From the NCBI GenBank assembly GCA_963633065.1, contig CAVGWH010000012.1:4950-68949 (forward strand): a stretch of 64,000 nucleotides of DNA. Reading direction: 5' to 3'. The stretch comes from Oribacterium sp. GTDB lineage: Bacteria; Actinomycetota; Coriobacteriia; Coriobacteriales; Coriobacteriaceae. Shown piece after piece: positions 61,272 to 64,000 of this stretch. Position 1 is the stretch's first letter; the number at the start of each line of letters is the position of its first letter. The translations under genes were made by a program, and so were the position numbers. The notes below the pieces were generated by a model. It ran no database searches, was not told the DNA's origin, and saw only the letters and a list, made by a program, of their open reading frames with translations.

Positions 61272-62107
61272 CTCGCTTCTGCGTGCTCTCCCTGACGTGC
61301 AGCCTTATTGTCATGCTGAGCGCATGCTCGAGCGGGTCTGCGGCAAATACGTCCATTACCGTCGCCGGTTCCACCACATGTCTGCCTATTGCCGAGATCG
61401 CGGCCGAAGGCTATGGCGAAACCTCAGGGACCGATGTGCTCGTCTCGGGTTTGGGCTCATCTGCGGGTATCGAGGCCGTCAGCAACGGTACGGCAGATAT
61501 CGCCACGTCCTCGCGTGATCTGAATTCCGATGAGGAAGACTTGGGGCTTACGCGCATCACCATCGCACATGATGGCATTGCCGTTATCGTGAATGAGAAC
61601 AATCCCGTCGATAACCTGTCTCTCGAGCAGCTGCGTGATATCTATGCCGGCAAGATCACCAATTGGAAAGAGGTCGGAGGCAGCGATATCGAGATCCAGC
61701 TGGTCAACCGCGACGAGGCATCGGGCACGCGCGAGGCGTTCAAGAGCATTGTCATGGATGGGCTCGATTTCGATCGCTCTGCTGCCGTTCTTCCCGGTAC
61801 CGGTCAGGTGCGCGACGTTGTCAGCCGCTCCGAAGGGGCTATCGGCTACATCTCCATGGGGTTCGTTGAATCTAAATATGCTTCCACCCAGGTAAAGGCT
61901 CTGTCTGTGAATCATGTCGAGCCGCTTGAGAAAACCGTTTCGAGTGGGGGATATCCCATTTCGCGCGACCTTTACTTCTTCGTGAAGGGCACTCCTTCCG
62001 CTGCAGCGCAGGAGTATATCGACTATGTCCTCTCCGATAAGATGGACGACCAGATTCGCGAGGCGGGCTTCATCCCCGTTTCCCACACCGACGAAGGGGA
62101 TGAGTAG
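61256..62107 (+). CDS. pstS: Phosphate ABC transporter substrate-binding lipoprotein
   Basis: LSAC lipobox, AGSTT, GSSAGI, SSRDL, DGIAVIVN, RDEASGTR, YPISR; ATG 61256 chosen from the signal peptide. Confidence 0.9.
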   Translation: MRHAIARFCVLSLTCSLIVMLSACSSGSAANTSITVAGSTTCLPIAEIAAEGYGETSGTDVLVSGLGSSAGIEAVSNGTADIATSSRDLNSDEEDLGLTRITIAHDGIAVIVNENNPVDNLSLEQLRDIYAGKITNWKEVGGSDIEIQLVNRDEASGTREAFKSIVMDGLDFDRSAAVLPGTGQVRDVVSRSEGAIGYISMGFVESKYASTQVKALSVNHVEPLEKTVSSGGYPISRDLYFFVKGTPSAAAQEYIDYVLSDKMDDQIREAGFIPVSHTDEGDE

Positions 62108-62110
62108 CGT

Positions 62111-63019
62111 ATGACCGATAACGTTTCACCCGAGACGGGATCCAAGAAGCGCGAGCTCGCCCTTGTTTCGCGTAGCACCTATGTAAAGGAGAAGGCGCTC
62201 CAGTATCTCTTCTTCGCCTGTGCATTCCTTGCCGTGGTGACGGTTATTCTCATTTTCGTGTTCACCACGTACTCGGCGTTGCCGGTGTTCACTGATATCG
62301 GATTGGCGGAGTTTTTCAGCCTTTCCTGGGCTCCGAGTGAAGGCCATTACGGTATCCTCGCGCTTTTGGCCGGGTCGGGTCTCGTCACGATCGGCGCGCT
62401 CGTCATGGGCGTGCCTCTCGGTGTCGGTACGGCGGTCTACATGGTCGAGATAGCTCCCGACCGCGTGCGTCGTATCATCAGCCCCGCCGTTGACCTGCTC
62501 GCCGGCATCCCCTCGATCATCTATGGCTTTTTCGGCATGGTTATCATCCGTCCGGTAGTGGCTGAGATCTCGGGTGGTTTGGGCTTCGGTGCCGTGACGG
62601 CTTGGTTCGTCCTCGCCATCATGATCGTACCGACCATCACCACGCTCACCATCGATGCTCTCAATTCCATTCCCATGGGCATTCGCGAGGCGAGCTATGC
62701 CATGGGCGCTACTAAATGGCAAACCATCTACAAGGTGGTGCTTCCCGCGGCCAAGCTCGGCATCGTCGATGCCATCGTGTTGGGCATGGGTCGCGCTATC
62801 GGCGAGACGATGGCCGTTCTTATGGTGGTTGGCAATGCGCCTGTGATCCCTGGTGGTATCGCCAGCCCACTCTCCACGCTCACCAGCCAGATCGCACTCG
62901 ACATGAGCTACTCGAGCGGTCTGCATCGCAGCGCCCTCTTCGGTATGGGTGTCGTTCTGTTCGTTATCTCTGCGGCGCTCGTGGGCATCGTGCGTCTGAT
63001 TTCTAAGAAGAGGAAGTAG
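62111..63019 (+). CDS. pstC: Phosphate ABC transporter permease
   Basis: LLAGIPSIIYG, EASYAMGATKWQ, GRAIGETMAV. Confidence 0.93.
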   Translation: MTDNVSPETGSKKRELALVSRSTYVKEKALQYLFFACAFLAVVTVILIFVFTTYSALPVFTDIGLAEFFSLSWAPSEGHYGILALLAGSGLVTIGALVMGVPLGVGTAVYMVEIAPDRVRRIISPAVDLLAGIPSIIYGFFGMVIIRPVVAEISGGLGFGAVTAWFVLAIMIVPTITTLTIDALNSIPMGIREASYAMGATKWQTIYKVVLPAAKLGIVDAIVLGMGRAIGETMAVLMVVGNAPVIPGGIASPLSTLTSQIALDMSYSSGLHRSALFGMGVVLFVISAALVGIVRLISKKRK

Positions 63020-63023
63020 CGCC

Positions 63024-63941
63024 ATGGATGCAAACCAAGAACCCCTAAGCGCTGCTCCCGAGACCGAGGTCTCTTCGCGTGAGCGCATCAAGCGTGCCCT
63101 TTCGCACGGCAAGCAGGGGCGCATCGATAAGGACATGTCCAATAAGATCATGCTCGGCGTGTTCCGCGCAGCCGCTTATATCACCACGTTGGTGCTGGTT
63201 GCGATCATAGCCTACGTTGTCGTTAACGGCTTGCCCCATATCTCGATCGATTTCATTTTCGGCTGGCCGCACGGTGTCAACGCCGAGGGGGGCATCTGGC
63301 CGACGATCGTCTCGACGGTTTATGTGACAGCCCTTGCCATGCTTATCTGCACGCCTATCGCTGTCCTCGCGGCTGTCTATCTTGCCGAGTACGCAAAGCA
63401 GGGCAAACTCGTCAATCTCATTCGCTACGCAGCCGATACGCTTGCATCGGTTCCTTCCATCGTCATGGGTCTTTTCGGGTACTCGCTCTTCGTCGAGGCC
63501 ATGGGGCTCGGCCTCTCGATGATCTCGGCGGCGCTGGCGCTGGCGTTGCTCATGCTTCCGATCGTCATGCGTACCACCGAAGAGGCCATTCGTGCCGTTC
63601 CGCGCTATATCCGTTGGGGCGCTTACGGCCTTGGCGCAACCAAATGGCAGGTCGTTTCGAAGATCGTGCTCCCCAGTGCGTTCGGACGCATTGCCACGGG
63701 CATCGTTCTTGCCATCGGGCGTGCGATCGGCGAGACCGCCGTTGTGCTCTATACCATGGGTCAGGCCATCAACATGCCGGTGACTCCACTTGATTCCGGT
63801 CGTCCTATGACGGTCCATCTGTATCTTCTTGCCAACGATGGCATCAACATGAACGCGGCATATGGGACCGCGCTTCTGCTGATGGTCATCATCCTTGCGT
63901 TCAACCTGTTCTCGCGCTATCTCTCGCGCCGAAGCCGTTAA
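63024..63941 (+). CDS. pstA: Phosphate ABC transporter permease
   Basis: GGIWPTI, AVYLAEY, LASVPSIV.GLFG, RTTEEA, GRAIGETA. Confidence 0.93.
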   Translation: MDANQEPLSAAPETEVSSRERIKRALSHGKQGRIDKDMSNKIMLGVFRAAAYITTLVLVAIIAYVVVNGLPHISIDFIFGWPHGVNAEGGIWPTIVSTVYVTALAMLICTPIAVLAAVYLAEYAKQGKLVNLIRYAADTLASVPSIVMGLFGYSLFVEAMGLGLSMISAALALALLMLPIVMRTTEEAIRAVPRYIRWGAYGLGATKWQVVSKIVLPSAFGRIATGIVLAIGRAIGETAVVLYTMGQAINMPVTPLDSGRPMTVHLYLLANDGINMNAAYGTALLLMVIILAFNLFSRYLSRRSR

Positions 63942-63956
63942 CCAGATAGGAGCATC

Positions 63957-64000
63957 ATGTCTGTCTATCAGTCCGTACCGACCGTGGACCAAAGCGCCAT
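63957..64000 (+). CDS. Start of the next gene, probably PstB (truncated by window end)
   Basis: AGGAG RBS then ATG (MSVYQSVPTVDQSA...); identity from operon context only. Confidence 0.4.
   Translation, partial: MSVYQSVPTVDQSA

Overview
High-GC chromosomal window that looks like a gut Coriobacteriia (Collinsella-like) actinobacterium; this is inferred from gene content, GGAG-type RBSs and protein style, not from a search. Most of it is core genome: DMT transporter fragment, two GtrA genes, class III FBPase, DegV, RsmB/F methylase, an ECF transporter with two TrpP-like S components, DAG-kinase family, RNase D, xseAB, HIT, two tandem ackA facing pta, glf plus a GT2, P1 peptidase/Maf/DJ-1/RlmD/ppk1, arcA-arcB-YfcC (no arcC), DUF1846, pyrG, xerD, the mraZ-to-ftsZ dcw cluster (no murE), pgeF and pstSCA. 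I saw no rRNA, tRNA, CRISPR array, transposase or prophage gene. The main observations are: (1) a three-gene module of two paralogous C45/Ntn-hydrolase lipoproteins (one Sec, one Tat) plus a ~7-TM membrane-anchored LuxR regulator, with a candidate operator array; (2) an unannotated WWW leader peptide with complete alternative attenuator helices ahead of the ECF transporter, pointing to tryptophan as substrate; (3) a dense regulatory region upstream of mraZ with a perfect NrdR-box palindrome, a near-perfect LexA box, MraZ-type GTGGG repeats and a motif shared with the ftsZ upstream region; (4) smaller items including a 121-bp MITE-like hairpin, a 66-bp tandem repeat in xseA and an unannotated small membrane protein. 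All family calls come from motifs recognised by eye.
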